From positions 89,940,236 to 90,004,235 of the forward strand of contig NC_052161.1 in NCBI RefSeq assembly GCF_902713615.1: a stretch of 64,000 nucleotides of DNA, read 5' to 3'. The stretch comes from Scyliorhinus canicula. Lineage: Eukaryota. The notes below the pieces were generated by a model that made no database searches, was not told where the DNA came from, and worked only from the letters and a program-made list of their open reading frames with translations. Made by a program: the position numbers and the translations under genes. This document shows positions 60,714 to 64,000 of this stretch, piece after piece; position 1 is the first letter of the stretch; every line of letters begins with the position of its first letter.

Positions 60714-63700
60714 ATAAAATTCAGCCATGTATTATATTGTTCCATACTCGACTGCCGAGTTGGGAAGTGTGATGTTGTGGTGTGAATGGTTAAGGTTTAG
60801 AGTGATTAAATGTTTAAGTTAAGTTAAGGTTAATAGTGATAGGTAGAGGTTCCCAATTGTAGTAATGCATGTCCCTTTGACATAGGGCCAAGTAGAAATG
60901 TTAGTTAAATTTTTTTTCTCTTCTTCCCATAGTTTAGAACAGAGTAGAACAGGAACTGGCAAGAGGTCAGAACACAAGGAGGCAAAGTACATAGGTGATC
61001 CTTCACAATAGTATGATTGTGAGGATCACAAGGAGGGAATGTAGCCATGCTGGCCACGCAAAATGGACACTGAGCCAAACTAAAATGGAAGGCTGCTGAG
61101 AAACAGACAGTTCAGCCAGAACAGCAGTCTGCAAAGAGCAGTTTGCATTCTGCAGCAGCAGAAACCAGTTTGGGCTCAGGTGCAGAGACCTTAGCTAGGT
61201 GCAAATGGCAAAACGCTTTGCATGCTAATGAGGCCATCAGACTTGAACACCCACACAATAGATACATTTGGTTCTGAATGGACACATTCCAATCAAGACC
61301 CAGACATCGAGGCACCAGAAACCTCCGAACAAAAGGACATAAGAAACGCCCCCTCCATCACGGAGACCCCCTCGCATTGGGGAATTAATCCAGTATCGAT
61401 AAGAAATTGATCCAATAGGTAGAGCCCGCCCGAGAAGAGGGAAGGACAACGGAACCCCTATAAAAGATAGGGACCTCGTGTTGTCCGGTCTGTTAAACCT
61501 GTGCTCCGGTCCCGACTGACACCTGGTATCCTGACTCCAGCCGTTGAGCACCAGCCGCCGAAACCGTAAGTTCAACGCTCGCTACGCGATCCAAGCCCAC
61601 TAGACTCCCAAGTGCCAGAACGCTTGCTGAAGGCTGCAGACAAAACCAGGACGAAGGCCTCGTTCTCTGACCTTGCCTGTTCCTGTTAGATAAGTATTCT
61701 GTTTGCTTATGTTTAGTTGTAGCTTAGTCTCTTAGTGTGTGTGCATGAGTATTTATTATTAACTGTATAATAAATATTGATCGTTTGAACTTGACTAATC
61801 GGTGTATCGTCTTTATTACTTTGAATTTGACCTTGGAATACTTGTGACGTTGCCTATACGGCAGCTGGCGACTCCAGAGCTTAAATAATTACATAGAACA
61901 GAGCCTAGCAGTGTTAAGCACACGTCGAACTCGGAGGCGTGTTAATACACTCCAATAAACGCGTTTTACGCCCATAGTAAAACGTGCAACAACCCAACCT
62001 TAGTCTTTGTGCAATTGATCGTGCTCAATTTATTGCAGTCAGTTTTTCACCAAGATGGACCTCCGAATCAAACCAGATCGCCTGAAGCTGGATCCACACT
62101 CGCCCGACGCTAGAAAAGACTTTAATCACTGGCTAGTTTGCTTCGAGGCTTACATCAACTCAGTGACCCCCACACCGACGGAGGCTCAGAAGATACAGGT
62201 CTTGTATTCCAGGTTGAGCTCAAGCGTGTTCCCGCTGATCCAGAACGCCCCGACTTACGTCGAAGCCATGGCACTCCTCAAAGAGGAGAAAGTGAACACG
62301 CTCTTCGCCAGGCACGTACTCGCCACTCGCTCGCAACTCCCTGGTGAGTCCATCGAAGACTTCTGGCGGGCCCTAATACCACTAGTCCGGGACTGTGACT
62401 GTCAGACCGTTATGGCCACCGAACATTCTAATCTCTTCATGCGCGATGCGTTCGTAACGGTGTTTGGGTTGGACCTCATCAGACAACAAATGCTGGAAGG
62501 GACCATGCTCGACCTAGCGAAGACAAAAACATTAGCGCTCTCCATGACGGTTGCCTCCCGTAATATTCAGGCCTACCCCTCACGCCGCGCGGCCCACCCC
62601 TCCTATCCCTCCTGGACTCCGCAACTGACCCCCCAGCTGGGGCCCTGCATAGCCAATATTCCTGCGCCACATGCCAATCTGCGCACCCCGGGGGTCCCCA
62701 CTGCTACTTCTGTGGCCAACAGAAGCACCCCCGGCAACACTGCCCAGCTGCGCCGCCACTTGCAAGTCTTATAACAAAAAGGGCCACTTCGCCGCAGTGT
62801 GCCAGGCCCGCACAGTCGCCGCTATCGCCCCCTCCCCCCTGCCTACCGCACAATGTGCACTGCCATCTTCACCTCCTGGGGCCACATGCGGCCAGTGGGT
62901 GCCGCCATCTTCATCCCCTCAGTCCACGTGTGGCCCATGGGCGCCGCCATCTTGTCCCACTCCTGCAATGTGCGCCCCATGGGCGCCGCCATTTTGTTCC
63001 CCGCAGGACCTCTTGTCGCCGCCATCTTGTCTTCCCCACGGGGCAGGAACGCCAACGACATCCCACGACCTGCGCCCCCAACGCTCTCCGTCTGAAACCT
63101 TTGACGATCACCCGCTGCTCGCCTCGATGATGCTGGACCAGTCTCGTCCACACAACCTGGCCACCGCTTCGACAACGGTGAAAATCAACGGCCACGTGAC
63201 CTCCTGCCTGCTGGACGCCAGGAGCACCGAAAGCTTCATACATCTGGATACGGTAAGGCGCTGCTCCCTCGCGGTCCACCCCACCAATCAACGGATCTCC
63301 CTGGCCTCCGGATCCCATTCTGTCTCAATCTGAGGGTTCTGCACAGTCACTCAGTCCAGGGTGTAGAATTCAGCGGTTTCTGTCTCTACGTTCTTCCTAA
63401 TCTCTGCGCTGCACTATTGCTGGGCCTGGATTTTCAGTGCAATCTCCAGAGCCTCACCCTCAAATTCGGCGGGCCCCTACCTCCACTGACCGTTTGCGGC
63501 CTCGCGACCCTAAAGGTCGATCCCCCCTCCCTCTTTGCCAATCTAACTGCGGATTGCAAACCCGTTGCCATCAGGAGCAGACGGTACAGCGCCCAGGACA
63601 AGGCCTTCATCAGGTCCGAGGTCCAGCGGCTGCTTCGGGAGGGTATCATCGAGGTCAGCAACAGCCCCTGGAGAGCCCAAGTGGTAGTAGTTAAAACCGG

Positions 63701-64000
63701 GGAGAAACACAGAATGGTCTTGGACTACAGCCAGATCATCAATTGGTACACGCAGCTCGACGCATACCCCCTCCCATGCATATCTGATATGGTCAATCAG
63801 ATCGCGCAGTACCGGGTCTGAACCGCACCCTTCATGCCTCTGAAATTCGGCACTCATCCGTCGAAAAAGAGGCCCAGGCTATCGTTGAAGCTGTGCGGCA
63901 TTGGAGGCATTACCTGGCCGGCAGGAGATTCACTCTCCTCACTGACCATAGCCTTCATGTTCAATAACACACAGCGGGGCAAGATCAAAAACAATAAAAT

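Larger units (their letters stand above)
56112..61991 (+). mobile_element. Young non-autonomous LTR element (ERV-like or Gypsy-like): gag plus small ORF(s), no pol
   Basis: LTRs 56112-56947 and 61040-61991 (TG...CA), 4-bp TSD ACCC, PBS TGGCGACTCTGATGGGAC (56953-56970, closest to tRNA-Ser 3' end), PPT AAGGAGGGAA (61030-61039). LTR TATAAAA at 56531 and AATAAA at 56841 and 56910. Confidence 0.92.
55919..64000 (+). mobile_element. Older degenerate Ty3/Gypsy element; its 5' LTR (55919-56111 plus 61996-62027) is split by the younger element; runs off the window
   Basis: The LTR halves rejoin across the ACCC TSD and end in attgatcgtgctca. gag starts at 62055 (frameshifted knuckles), then protease (LLDARSTESF), an RT start (SPWRAQVVVVK, LDAYPLP) and a deletion into RNase H (EKEAQAIVEAVRHWRHYL...TDH). 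Confidence 0.85.

Overview
Repeat-rich vertebrate genomic DNA with many N gaps. The HE1-type tRNA-derived SINEs, CR1 LINEs and minisatellites point to a shark, possibly a catshark (inference). The main host gene is a complete AICDA (AID) on the + strand: CDS 40165-40172, 43758-44176, 46852-46967 and 51735-51788, 597 nt, 198 aa. The exons separate in mammals as exon 2 (148 nt) and exon 3 (271 nt) are here one uninterrupted 419-nt exon. About 1 kb past the AICDA stop, the last three coding exons of a diverged vigilin (HDLBP-like) gene converge on it from the - strand. Its upstream intron, by inference, holds a young LTR element (56112-61991) with intact gag, no pol and a small membrane-protein ORF, itself nested in the LTR of an older Gypsy element. 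The left 35 kb is mostly mobile DNA: two full-length decayed Gypsy elements, a split Gmr1-type element, L1 and CR1 LINEs, SINEs, solo LTRs, MITEs and a G/C-rich palindromic macrosatellite. It also holds three candidate exons of an unidentified - strand gene. All homology calls are from recognition of the sequence, not database searches.
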